Positions 1-8,875 of a DNA stretch of 64,000 bases are shown here, one piece after another. Location of the stretch: contig CAYVOI010000001.1 of the NCBI GenBank assembly GCA_964453605.1, forward strand, positions 420,095 to 484,094, in the 5' to 3' direction. The first letter of the stretch is position 1. Each line of letters opens with the position of its first letter. The DNA is from an uncultured Gammaproteobacteria bacterium. GTDB lineage: Bacteria > Patescibacteriota > Patescibacteriia > Veblenbacterales > UBA10138. The position numbers and the translations under genes were made by a program. The notes under the pieces are model-generated. The model was not told the origin of the DNA and made no database searches. It worked only from the letters and a program-made list of their open reading frames with translations.

Positions 1-2
1 TC

Positions 3-1670
3 GGCGTTATTACCCTCCAGCTCTTTAACCTGCAGGTTATAAACCATGGCACCTACGAGGCCTTGGCCTCCGGGCAGCACGATCTGGTAGCGGAGCTTGC
101 GCCTTCGCGCGGGCAGATCTACGTGCAAGACCCGCTGTTGCAACGCGCCACCTTTCCGGTGGCGGTGAACCAGGCCCTCAACTTTGTGTACGCTTCCCCA
201 AAGCGTGTCGGTAATGCCAAAGCCGAGGCCACTGCCCTGGCCCCACTCCTAGGGCTTGAACCTGGCGTACTAGAACTCACCTTAGGCAAGGTAGGGGACC
301 CGTGGGAGCCTCTAGCACACGGGGTGAGTGACGAGGTGGCCGCAGGAGTTACCAAACTGGCACTGCCAGGTGTGTACGTTACACCAGAAGAAACCAGGCT
401 GTACCCAGCTGGGGCCCTCTTTGGTCAGGCCGTGGGGTTTGTGGGTTATAATAGTTTGGGTCAGCGGCAGGGACAGTATGGCGTGGAGGGGTACTGGGAC
501 CGCGAGCTCGCCGGGACGGTGGGGGAGCTGAGGTCTGAGAAAGACCCAGCCGGGAGCCTCATAGCCCTAGGCCAGCACGACCTGGTACCAGCTGTTGATG
601 GCGACGACTTGGCATTAACCCTCGACAAGAACGTGCAAACCGTAGCTTGTGGTGCGCTCGAACGCGCGGTAGCGAAGCATGGGGCGCAGAGCGGGAGCCT
701 AGTAGTGTTGGACCCTGCCACGGGCGCCGTGCGCGCGCTCTGTAATGCGCCAGGCTTTGACCCTAACACCTACGCCGAGGTAAAAGATTTGTCGCAGTTT
801 GCTGACGCCGCCGTGTCCTCGGCTTACGAACCTGGCTCGGTGTTTAAAGCTATCACCATGGCGTCAGCTCTGAACGAGGGCAAACTCACGCCCGACACCA
901 CCTACCAAGACACTGGCGAGGTGACCATAGGCCCCAACACCATAAAGAACTCAGACAACAAGGCACATGGGGTGCAGACTATGACACAGGTGTTGGATGA
1001 GTCTTTAAACACGGGCGCCATTTTTGCTATGCGTCAGACCGGGGCCGCTACGTTTGTTGATTATGTGAAACGTTTTGGCTTTGGAGCTCTGACGGGCATT
1101 GAAATGCCCCACGAGAGCGCAGGTAACTTGAGTACACTTCAGAAACGCGGTGAGATTTACCCCGCCACCGCCTCATTCGGTCAAGGTATTACCGCTACGG
1201 TACTGCAGCTGGCGGCGGCGTTTGCGGCTATGGGCAACAAGGGTAAGCTAATGCAGCCCTATGTAGTACAACAGGTAACGCACCCTGACGGCCGTACTGA
1301 AGACACCACGCCAACGTTTGTGCGGCAGGTGGTAACGCCCGAGGTAGCGCGGACGCTCTCGGCCATGCTGGTTTCGGTGGTGGAGCTGGGGCACGGCAAG
1401 CGCGCGGGCGTACCGGGTTACTATGTGGCTGGCAAAACGGGCACCGCGCAGGTGCCTATTCCTGGCAGTGGTAAGTACGACCCACACAAAACCATTGGTA
1501 CCTTTGCTGGTTTTGCACCAGTTGATGATCCGAAGTTCGCCATGGTGGTCAGGGTGAACGAGCCGCAGGATGTGGTGTTTGCTGAGAGTTCGGCCGCGCC
1601 TGTGTTTGGTGAGGTGGCTAAGTTCTTGCTACAGTACTACCAGGTCCCGCCCGTAAGGCCCTTGAAGTAG
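3..1670 (+). CDS. ftsI: Class B penicillin-binding protein (FtsI/PBP2-like transpeptidase), 5'-partial
   Basis: The frame is open from position 3 (GVITLQLFNLQVINHG...), so the gene starts before the window. Motifs EPGSVFK (SxxK), SLN (SxN) and KTGTAQ; lies upstream of murF. Confidence 0.85.
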   Translation, partial: GVITLQLFNLQVINHGTYEALASGQHDLVAELAPSRGQIYVQDPLLQRATFPVAVNQALNFVYASPKRVGNAKAEATALAPLLGLEPGVLELTLGKVGDPWEPLAHGVSDEVAAGVTKLALPGVYVTPEETRLYPAGALFGQAVGFVGYNSLGQRQGQYGVEGYWDRELAGTVGELRSEKDPAGSLIALGQHDLVPAVDGDDLALTLDKNVQTVACGALERAVAKHGAQSGSLVVLDPATGAVRALCNAPGFDPNTYAEVKDLSQFADAAVSSAYEPGSVFKAITMASALNEGKLTPDTTYQDTGEVTIGPNTIKNSDNKAHGVQTMTQVLDESLNTGAIFAMRQTGAATFVDYVKRFGFGALTGIEMPHESAGNLSTLQKRGEIYPATASFGQGITATVLQLAAAFAAMGNKGKLMQPYVVQQVTHPDGRTEDTTPTFVRQVVTPEVARTLSAMLVSVVELGHGKRAGVPGYYVAGKTGTAQVPIPGSGKYDPHKTIGTFAGFAPVDDPKFAMVVRVNEPQDVVFAESSAAPVFGEVAKFLLQYYQVPPVRPLK

Positions 1671-1689
1671 CGGAGGCCGGTAATTATAT

Positions 1690-2973
1690 ATGAGGCTGGT
1701 CATTAGAGTACTGCTTAAAGTTTTAGCGCGAGCGACGCTCAGGCGTTACCACCCGCGCATTGTTGGTATTACTGGTTCAGTTGGGAAATCCTCCACCAAA
1801 GAAGCTGTGGCGCAAGTTTTAGGGTTGAAGTACCGCGTGTTCCAGAGCCCTAAGAACTTGAACAACGAGCTCGGGTTACCGCTGGCGGTTTTAGGTGAGG
1901 CTGACTCAGGCTATAGCAATCTCTTTGCTTGGGCAGCTATTTTCTGGCGAGCCCTGCGCCAGCTTACGAGCGGCAACACCAACTACCCTGAGGTGTTGGT
2001 GCTAGAGTACGGCGTTGACCACCCTGGTGACATGGCTTATTTGCTTTCGGTAGCTAAGCCAAACGTGGCAGTGGTTACGGCCGTTGCCCCCACCCACCTA
2101 GAGTTTTTAAAAACCGTGGCTGGCGTCGCTAAGGAAAAGCGCCAGCTGGTAGCTTCACTTGATGCTTCGGGTGTGGCCGTGCTCTCGGCCGATGACCCCG
2201 TGGTAGCTGGTTTTGCTGAAGGGCTGAAGGGTAGGGTAGTCACGTTTGGTCTAGCGCCTAGCGCTGAGGTTAAGGCGGAGGCGGTGTCGTTCAGCGTTGC
2301 GGGCGACGGTAGCCGCGCTGGTACTACGTTCAAACTGAGCTTGGCAGGCAGTAGTGTACCGGTAAACTTGGTGGGTGTAGTTGGCCACCCGTCCGTGGCT
2401 GCGGCGCTGGCCGCTGCCGCCGTTGGGGAAGCACTAGGTCTGCCGCTCATAAACATGGTGAACGCACTGCAGCACGTAGCCTGGCCAGCGGGTAGGCTTA
2501 GAGTTCTGCCCGGAGCCGGAGAGACCGTTTTGATTGATGATACGTACAATTCGTCTCCGCGCGCTGTGTACGAGGCCCTCCGTGTGTTGCGAGAGCTGGC
2601 CGTGCCAGGCGGGGGCAGGCGCTGGGCCATTCTGGGTGATATGTTGGAACTTGGCAAGCAGAGCGCGGAGCTGCACCGTGAGGTGGGCAAGCAAGTGGCC
2701 GCTTCTGGTATCGACTACCTAGTTACAGTTGGAAAAGAGTCGCAAGAGGTACATCAGGCCGCGCTCGCCGCCGGATTTAATCCGCAGCACGTGTGGCACT
2801 TTGCCGCGAGCCCAGAAGTGGCACGGGCCATAGCTTCGCGTTTGCGCGCTGGTGATGCACTGCTTATTAAAGGGTCGCAAGGTGTACGGTGTGAACGGGT
2901 GACCCGGGCATTACTTCGTAATCCAGACCAGGCTCACGAGCTACTGGTACGCCAGTGCAAGCCGTGGGTTTGA
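1690..2973 (+). CDS. murF: UDP-N-acetylmuramoyl-tripeptide--D-Ala-D-Ala ligase
   Basis: Motifs GITGSVGKSSTKE, NNELGLP, LIDDTYNSSP, LGDMLELG, LIKGSQG. Confidence 0.93.
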   Translation: MRLVIRVLLKVLARATLRRYHPRIVGITGSVGKSSTKEAVAQVLGLKYRVFQSPKNLNNELGLPLAVLGEADSGYSNLFAWAAIFWRALRQLTSGNTNYPEVLVLEYGVDHPGDMAYLLSVAKPNVAVVTAVAPTHLEFLKTVAGVAKEKRQLVASLDASGVAVLSADDPVVAGFAEGLKGRVVTFGLAPSAEVKAEAVSFSVAGDGSRAGTTFKLSLAGSSVPVNLVGVVGHPSVAAALAAAAVGEALGLPLINMVNALQHVAWPAGRLRVLPGAGETVLIDDTYNSSPRAVYEALRVLRELAVPGGGRRWAILGDMLELGKQSAELHREVGKQVAASGIDYLVTVGKESQEVHQAALAAGFNPQHVWHFAASPEVARAIASRLRAGDALLIKGSQGVRCERVTRALLRNPDQAHELLVRQCKPWV

Positions 2974-2984
2974 AAAGTACATCG

Positions 2985-3028
2985 GTATCCTCATTCTCAA
3001 ATTCTTAAGAATTTGAGAATGAGGATAC
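2985..3028. repeat. Perfect 44-bp palindrome
   Basis: GTATCCTCATTCTCAAATTCTT|AAGAATTTGAGAATGAGGATAC, with no loop and no mismatch. Confidence 0.95.
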
Positions 3029-3124
3029 GCTTCTCGACCTTGATTTATTTTGGTCTTGCGGGTAATCTTAAGTTCGCCCTTGCCCCTTGGTCATGGGCGA
3101 CTGTAGCACCAGTTCCACCCCCGA

Positions 3125-3202
3125 GGCCTCATCGTCTAGCCCGGTCCAGGACGTCTCCCTCTCACGGAGAAAACTGGGGTTCGAATCCCCATGAGGCTAC
3201 CA
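3125..3202 (+). tRNA. tRNA-Glu (anticodon CTC), CCA encoded
   Basis: Acceptor GGCCTCA/TGAGGCT, anticodon arm TCTCC-CTCTCAC-GGAGA, T arm TGGGG-TTCGAAT-CCCCA, 3' ACCA. Confidence 0.97.
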
Positions 3203-4706
3203 ACGTTTCTTTTTGAGCAGGTAGCACTGGAATTAGGCCGAAAATAGGGCACGCTTCTGGGGTTTGAAATCCAGGGTAATTGTAGAAGACATTTTGCGGA
3301 AACAGAATCTTTCGCAAAACCTTTAAGTCAGCGGGGTCAAGAGCCTTCCACTCATGCGGAAGGTTTTTGATATATCCGAATGAGAAATCAATTGCCTTGC
3401 TGACATCCAGGCCATCGTAACCGCTATTGCTTCGGGACATCTGTAGCGCTCGTATCCTTTCCTCAAACTTACCTCGATGTTCCTTAAACTCTTCGTCAGA
3501 GATGAGGTCACCCTTGAGCTTCAGCTCTAGCAGACTGTCTCGTTGCTCACCCAACCTCTTGAGCTCGGTCTCGATCTTGGAGTTCTGTTTAGACACCTCC
3601 GCCAGCTCAGTCTCATAAGCGCAGGCTACGGCCTCTTTTAAAATATCGAGTGTGTCCTCCACTGGCACAAGTTGGGTCAAGAACCCTGTAAATTCGCCCT
3701 CAAAGTCATCCTTCGAAATCGAATGGCGCATTTCGCAGCCAACCTTGCCACAGTTGTAGTAGGCATAGCGTCTGCCAGTCTTGCCCCTTGTCCAACCGCC
3801 AGTTATGGAATGGCCGCAGGCACCGCACTTCACACCACGCAACGGGAAGTCGGGGTTGTTGAGGTTCCGAATGACTTTCTTCGGGTCGCCGCCGGTCAGT
3901 AAAAACTGCACCTTGTCGAACAGCTCCTTGCTCACGATCGGCTCATGCTTGCCTGGCACGCAAATGTCCCACTTAGGAACACTAATCCAACCGCAGTACA
4001 GTGGGTTGGTCAAAATCTTCACTAACAACTGGGGCGAAATGTCTAGACGGAGCGTCGGGTCGAGTTTCATGGCCTTTTGCGCCAGTTCCCGAAACGTATA
4101 AATGCCCTTGGCATACTCCTCAAAAATGAAACGCACAATAGGCTCGCGTTTCCGTTCAGGCACAATGACTTTGTTGTTAGCGGCATCTCTAGTATTAACG
4201 TAACCGAAGTTGGCCTTGAACGCCCAGTTACCAGCGTTCAGCGCTGTCCTCATTCCCTCGGCCGTTCGTTGCGCTCTAATGTTGTTATCGAACTGAGCCA
4301 TGGCAGATAAAATCCCTTCCATCAGTTGTCCCTGCGGGTCGCTTGCTATTGCCTCCGTGGCAGATAAAATTGTTACACCACACTTACGCAATATTACCTT
4401 TAGGGCATAGTGATCCTCCAGATTACGAGCGAAGCGGTCAAGCTTGTAGACGATCACGTTTCCCACCCTCCCCTGATTTTTACCGCAGTAGCGGAGCAAA
4501 TTTTGCAATTCGGTTCGGTCGGCTGTTTTTGCAGATTCACCCTCTTCCCTGAATAGCTTGAGTACTGCCAGCCCTTGCTTGTCGGCATAGGCTCGACAAA
4601 CCTTCTCTTGGCTTTCCAGGCTATAGCCATCAAGCTGATCCTTCGAGGAGACCCTGATGTAGATGACGGCTGTCAAAACTGGTTGGTTGCCTAATTTTGC
4701 TTTCAT
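3162..4706 (-). CDS. Large serine recombinase (resolvase + recombinase + zinc-ribbon + coiled-coil)
   Basis: YIRVSS catalytic motif, VYKLDRFAR, NPLYCG, HEPIVSKELF, CGACG...YYNC. The last 13 codons are antisense to the tRNA. Confidence 0.93.
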   Translation of the reverse strand: MKAKLGNQPVLTAVIYIRVSSKDQLDGYSLESQEKVCRAYADKQGLAVLKLFREEGESAKTADRTELQNLLRYCGKNQGRVGNVIVYKLDRFARNLEDHYALKVILRKCGVTILSATEAIASDPQGQLMEGILSAMAQFDNNIRAQRTAEGMRTALNAGNWAFKANFGYVNTRDAANNKVIVPERKREPIVRFIFEEYAKGIYTFRELAQKAMKLDPTLRLDISPQLLVKILTNPLYCGWISVPKWDICVPGKHEPIVSKELFDKVQFLLTGGDPKKVIRNLNNPDFPLRGVKCGACGHSITGGWTRGKTGRRYAYYNCGKVGCEMRHSISKDDFEGEFTGFLTQLVPVEDTLDILKEAVACAYETELAEVSKQNSKIETELKRLGEQRDSLLELKLKGDLISDEEFKEHRGKFEERIRALQMSRSNSGYDGLDVSKAIDFSFGYIKNLPHEWKALDPADLKVLRKILFPQNVFYNYPGFQTPEACPIFGLIPVLPAQKETLVASWGFEPQFSP

Positions 4707-4846
4707 AGGTTATGAATGATTAAGGTAAGCTTTGCTCGTTTGGTCAAGCTCGGCAAATTAGAGTCGCAAATCACCGAATGGGGTAATCGGCCACGAAACG
4801 GAGAATAACCACGCCTGGGCCAAATTTACATCCCTAGCGACCATCC

Positions 4847-5059
4847 TCATGGGGGGTTAGAGAGCTGGTCGAGGTAGGCAAGAATCTCAAATCGCTCCTG
4901 TTTGTCATAGTCGTCCTTATCCACCAACTTGTTGAACCAGTAATGAACCACGCGGCTGCTAAAGCGCTGTCCTGTAATGGCGGTGGAAAAACATAAGTAC
5001 GAGCTCCAGCCAGGACGCCTTGTAACTAATTGTTTGTACCTACGCTCTATAGATTTCAT
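4847..5059 (-). CDS. Small hypothetical protein upstream of the recombinase (possible directionality factor)
   Basis: 70-aa ATG ORF, co-oriented with the recombinase; function inferred from position only. Confidence 0.6.
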   Translation of the reverse strand: MKSIERRYKQLVTRRPGWSSYLCFSTAITGQRFSSRVVHYWFNKLVDKDDYDKQERFEILAYLDQLSNPP

Positions 5060-5105
5060 ATGGGTTTAAATAAACACTGGGGATACAGGCTATTACAAGC
5101 AACCA

Positions 5106-5312
5106 CTATAACCCCTCTTTTTTAGGCCTTTCTAAAAATGCAACACCTTGGCCCCGTTCCTTAAGCCAACGACGGACGAGGAAATGGGCCAAATCAAAAA
5201 TTTGCTGCGCGAGCGCATCCAACTCATCGTCGGTCAAGGCAGAATACTTAGCCCTAAGCCACTCCGCTATAATTTGCGCTCTTCTTTCATTAAAAAGCTG
5301 ACCCCGTACCAT
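5106..5312 (-). CDS. Small helical hypothetical protein
   Basis: 68-aa ORF co-oriented with its neighbours; amphipathic segment LTDDELDALAQQIFDLAHFLV. Confidence 0.55.
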   Translation of the reverse strand: MVRGQLFNERRAQIIAEWLRAKYSALTDDELDALAQQIFDLAHFLVRRWLKERGQGVAFLERPKKEGL

Positions 5313-5351
5313 GGAGTCAGCATAAAATATGAGTAAACTAGTAAGATGACC

Positions 5352-6158
5352 TTATTTTCCTATATTCCTTCGCCTCATCCTTTCGCGTTGTTTTCTCAGG
5401 CGCATAAGCGCTTTCCTATCCATCGGGTCATTAGGATCTTGTGGCATATATTCAGCGACTAGACTAAGGTCATTTTCTTGTTCCAAGCGCTGCTCTACAA
5501 CTTCCATCACTTTACCTTTTTTAACGACGGCAGCCACGTTGGCACTACTCCTTAACCTCCGAACTTTGTTCACACCACAGCTGATAACTAGCTTTTGAAA
5601 GGCATCCCAAACTTCTTTTTTGAGCTTCGGCACTCTGCCCCTAAACCGAATACCAAAGGCATGACGGAATTCGGCCAGGGCGTACTCCTTATCTTCAGTT
5701 GAGAGAGGAATTTCGTCCAGGTTGCCAGCAATCAACAGCAGGTTTCCCAAGAATGTGGTCGGCAACATTGTACTTAGCACAGGCACGCGGTACACCAGAG
5801 CCGCGGTGTAATTTTCTATTAAAGTTAACGGGAGTTCAAATTTTCGCAGCTCTTCCACCACATCAGCCAATAGTGCGAAATCCTCCTGCTGAGATAATGA
5901 GTGAAACCAGGGTGAGCTATTGTACAAATTTATATCATTGTCCTCAGTGAATTCATAAAAATCTTCCTCAGGCTTCAGGCGAGGAATATGGTGACGTTTC
6001 CTCAGCTTTACCAAGGAAGCTTCCATAGCTCCGGTCTCATTAAGCAGAGGCAGACGGCTTTCAGAGATAGCATACTGTGAACTCACGTAATGCTCAGATA
6101 CCAGCTTGAAGGACATTTGTATCGCTTCGGCGATGGGCGAGGGATTGCTATCTTCCAT
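5352..6158 (-). CDS. Hypothetical protein with a basic C-terminus (possible DNA binding)
   Basis: 268-aa ORF; TATAAT 8 nt upstream of the ATG; ends RKALMRLRKQRERMRRR. Confidence 0.7.
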   Translation of the reverse strand: MEDSNPSPIAEAIQMSFKLVSEHYVSSQYAISESRLPLLNETGAMEASLVKLRKRHHIPRLKPEEDFYEFTEDNDINLYNSSPWFHSLSQQEDFALLADVVEELRKFELPLTLIENYTAALVYRVPVLSTMLPTTFLGNLLLIAGNLDEIPLSTEDKEYALAEFRHAFGIRFRGRVPKLKKEVWDAFQKLVISCGVNKVRRLRSSANVAAVVKKGKVMEVVEQRLEQENDLSLVAEYMPQDPNDPMDRKALMRLRKQRERMRRRNIGK

Positions 6159-6223
6159 ATGACTTAATTATAGCGAAAAATGTTGATTTATGTTAATTTA
6201 ATGATACAACTTAATGGCCTAAA

Positions 6224-6364
6224 CTTGGTATTTGCCAGGCATGGCTAAAAGACCCAATGACGATACTGAGCTCTACGTTCAGCAACTCGTCATTGGGCCA
6301 TATCCCGAAAGGGGTATGGGGTTCGAAAGAACCTAGCTGGCGTAGGGCTTTGTGTTTTGCCAAG
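6224..6364 (+). ncRNA. Candidate structured RNA (or ssDNA element): four-way junction with two GAAA tetraloops
   Basis: Three abutting stems: 6253-6297, 6298-6319 (CCATATCCC-GAAA-GGGGTATGG) and 6320-6333 (GGTTC-GAAA-GAACC). Closed by GCCA..GCTA/TAGC-TGGC and CTTGGTA/TGCCAAG. Confidence 0.55.
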
Positions 6365-6407
6365 AACCAACTCCAAAATTTCTTTTGTTTTACCTTAAAC
6401 CAAAATT

Positions 6408-6881
6408 ATGAACGCCGCCGAAGAAATTGTGAAATACTGGTATGAACAGCAAGGTTATTTTTGCATGGAATCAATTAAGGTTGGGCGAAGAGAAATCGAC
6501 CTGCTTGCCATAAAGTTAAAAGAGAAAGACAACTCGATTCAGGAGGCGGTTCACGTGGAGGTACAAGTTTCAATCAACTATACAAATTTTAAAGAGACTG
6601 TGAAGCAGATAGCGACCCGCTACGACGGCAAGTTTAACGATAAAAAGGTTCAGGCCTACATCCAGCGACTCATCGGCAAGAGTTACCATAAGATCGAGGT
6701 TAGGGGCAAAATGGCACTGAAAGGCAAGGACATAAGACCTGAATATATAAAATTACGAAAGCGCTCAGGAATCACTGTCATCCCATTTGAAAAAATATTC
6801 AACGAAGTAACACAAAAAATGGGCACCGATCATCAACTCAACCCAATAATCCAGGCCGTGCAGCTAGCCAAGTATCAATAA
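6408..6881 (+). CDS. PD-(D/E)xK restriction-endonuclease-fold protein
   Basis: AEEIV...GY...EIDLLA...HVEVQ matches the E...D...E-x-(K/Q) catalytic layout. Confidence 0.7.
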   Translation: MNAAEEIVKYWYEQQGYFCMESIKVGRREIDLLAIKLKEKDNSIQEAVHVEVQVSINYTNFKETVKQIATRYDGKFNDKKVQAYIQRLIGKSYHKIEVRGKMALKGKDIRPEYIKLRKRSGITVIPFEKIFNEVTQKMGTDHQLNPIIQAVQLAKYQ

Positions 6882-7175
6882 TAACCACACGCCAGTACTT
6901 ATGTCTCAAACCAAGCTTCCCCGTCACACAGTATACTTTTTCACCATTACGAGCTTTATTCACTCGGATATACCGACCTCTACAACACCTGCCCGCTATA
7001 TAAACTAGGTCATATAGAATAAATCTTTTGTAAACTTACCGCTTTTTAAATTAACTTATAAAAAAGAATTTTATTTTTTAAGAAAAATGGCTTATTTTAG
7101 CCATTTTTTTATATTTATAACATTCTATAAAACTTAAATAATGTATGTCTAAGAATAGAAATTTTATAAATCCCC

Positions 7176-7204
7176 TTGACAGGCCTTTATAGATTGCCTA
7201 AAAT
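7176..7204 (+). promoter_or_regulatory. Sigma70-type promoter of the wHTH/PLD pair
   Basis: TTGACA-17 nt-TAAAAT, preceded by a very AT-rich tract with inverted repeat AAAAATGGCT/AGCCATTTTT. Confidence 0.7.
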
Positions 7205-7236
7205 GATACTGTCTTACAACTTAATCTCATAACTTT

Positions 7237-8037
7237 ATGGGGCTCAGTGACTTAATTGTTGACCAAAGGCAAATCAGCGAAGAAATGATTGAAAACCTAC
7301 TCAAAGGAAATGTTGAGCTAATTAAAGAGGACAGCGGGGTCAGGTTAATGCCCGCAGTTTCAAAATTCACTGCTGCTACCAAAGTCCTCCTCATCTTGGC
7401 AGCTAAAAAGGCTTGGGAAATGATATCGAAAACTCCACACCCAACTACTGCCTCAGAAATTGAAGGTGCCACTGGGCTACCGCTAAACACAATTTACCCA
7501 GTAATGAAAAAATTTAACGACGACCGTTTGGCAATATCGAGCAAAGGGAAGTACAGCATAACAAATAGGGGCATCCTCCAGCTACCCGCTCTAATTGATG
7601 CGGACAAAAATCGCAGTCACACAAATAAGACGAGTAATACGGCTGGCAAAGTGACTCGCAACCGCCCCAGTGGGCGCCCAGATATAATTAAAGCAATTAA
7701 GGAACACCACATGGAGCCTCAATACGTTGAAACCATCCTACCTATTCTGGAAAAGTCCAGGCACAGTGATAAATACTTATTAGCTATCTACATCGCAAAA
7801 GATAAAATGGCAATAGATGGACTAACCTCTAGTGAGATTCAATACTTACTTAACGAGGCCCCGCTCAAATTGCCGAAATTGTACTCTTCAAATATTAGTC
7901 GCGATCTACCAAAGCTCAGGAATTTTACCACACCATATCCAGCTGGAAGTTCCTACGAATACCGCCTTACATCATTGGGAGAGAGGCGCGTCAAAGAGTT
8001 AATCGAAGGTGGAAGTACCAACGTACATCAAGCATAA
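7237..8037 (+). CDS. Protein with two predicted winged-helix domains
   Basis: TASEIEGATGLPLNTIYPVMKKF...GKYSIT and GLTSSEIQYLL...NISRDL...YRLTSLGERRV. Confidence 0.65.
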   Translation: MGLSDLIVDQRQISEEMIENLLKGNVELIKEDSGVRLMPAVSKFTAATKVLLILAAKKAWEMISKTPHPTTASEIEGATGLPLNTIYPVMKKFNDDRLAISSKGKYSITNRGILQLPALIDADKNRSHTNKTSNTAGKVTRNRPSGRPDIIKAIKEHHMEPQYVETILPILEKSRHSDKYLLAIYIAKDKMAIDGLTSSEIQYLLNEAPLKLPKLYSSNISRDLPKLRNFTTPYPAGSSYEYRLTSLGERRVKELIEGGSTNVHQA

Positions 8038-8043
8038 TTCTAT

Positions 8044-8745
8044 ATGCCAGACTTTATTCAAGATACAGAAGCTCTCATCTCTAACCTATCTCAAAGGTCG
8101 GGAAAAGAAATTTCCGAAAAAGCCTTACTAACACAGGCTCGGGCTTGGGTTAAAAATTATAGCCACACACTCGATACTGTTTTTAGTGGCCCAAACGACC
8201 TCGATAAACTCCACTACATCGGCCGTACTGTCCATAACCAACGTTTAGATAAAAGTAGCTGGCTAAAAAAATTAAAAGCACTTAAAAAGAAAATGGAAAT
8301 ATTAGAGCAAACAAAAGAATCCTCACTGGGTATCTGGTCGTTCGATCCTAATAAACCGTTTACCGCCTACCAGACCCTACGAGAATTTTTTGCTAATGCA
8401 CAAAACAGGGTACTGATTTATGATGGTTACGTTGAGGAAAAAACCCTAGAAATATTAGGTTCATTGCCTAAATCTGCATCAATAAGAATTTTAACAAATA
8501 ATACATATGGAAACTTTACAAGAGAGTTGAGGCTATTTGAAAAAGAACACTCTATAGAGGTTAAAAAATTATCAACCGTGCATGATAGGTTTTTTATAAT
8601 TGATGGAAAATGTTACTTATCAGGGACATCTCTACACTCCCTTGGAGGGCAAAAATCATCCACCCTATGCTCCGTGGATAGTCATATAATGCAAATTTTC
8701 GAAAAACGATTTGAACAAGATTGGGCTCCCGCTACTAAAGTCTAG
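8044..8745 (+). CDS. Protein with a C-terminal PLD-like nuclease domain
   Basis: VLIYDGYV...IRILT...VHDRFFIIDGKCYLSGTSL (HxR/HKD-like variant); 6 nt downstream of the wHTH gene. Confidence 0.7.
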   Translation: MPDFIQDTEALISNLSQRSGKEISEKALLTQARAWVKNYSHTLDTVFSGPNDLDKLHYIGRTVHNQRLDKSSWLKKLKALKKKMEILEQTKESSLGIWSFDPNKPFTAYQTLREFFANAQNRVLIYDGYVEEKTLEILGSLPKSASIRILTNNTYGNFTRELRLFEKEHSIEVKKLSTVHDRFFIIDGKCYLSGTSLHSLGGQKSSTLCSVDSHIMQIFEKRFEQDWAPATKV

Positions 8746-8875
8746 TTTGATAAACCGAAAGGGAGTAACCCAAAACGGCGATAAGAACGAACCCTGGGGC
8801 TTTGCGGTGAAATATTTACAGTATTTCCAAACTGAAAAAGTCTAGAAATTAACTCAATCAACGGTTTTGTATTTT

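Noticed and set aside
3013-3216. 67-aa ORF
   Set aside because: It runs through the palindrome and the tRNA-Glu gene.
6224-6445. Retron msr-msd or hammerhead reading of the island structure; also ORF 6257-6445
   Set aside because: No reverse transcriptase is in the window and no CUGANGA core is correctly placed. The ORF has no SD or recognisable features and overlaps the nuclease start.
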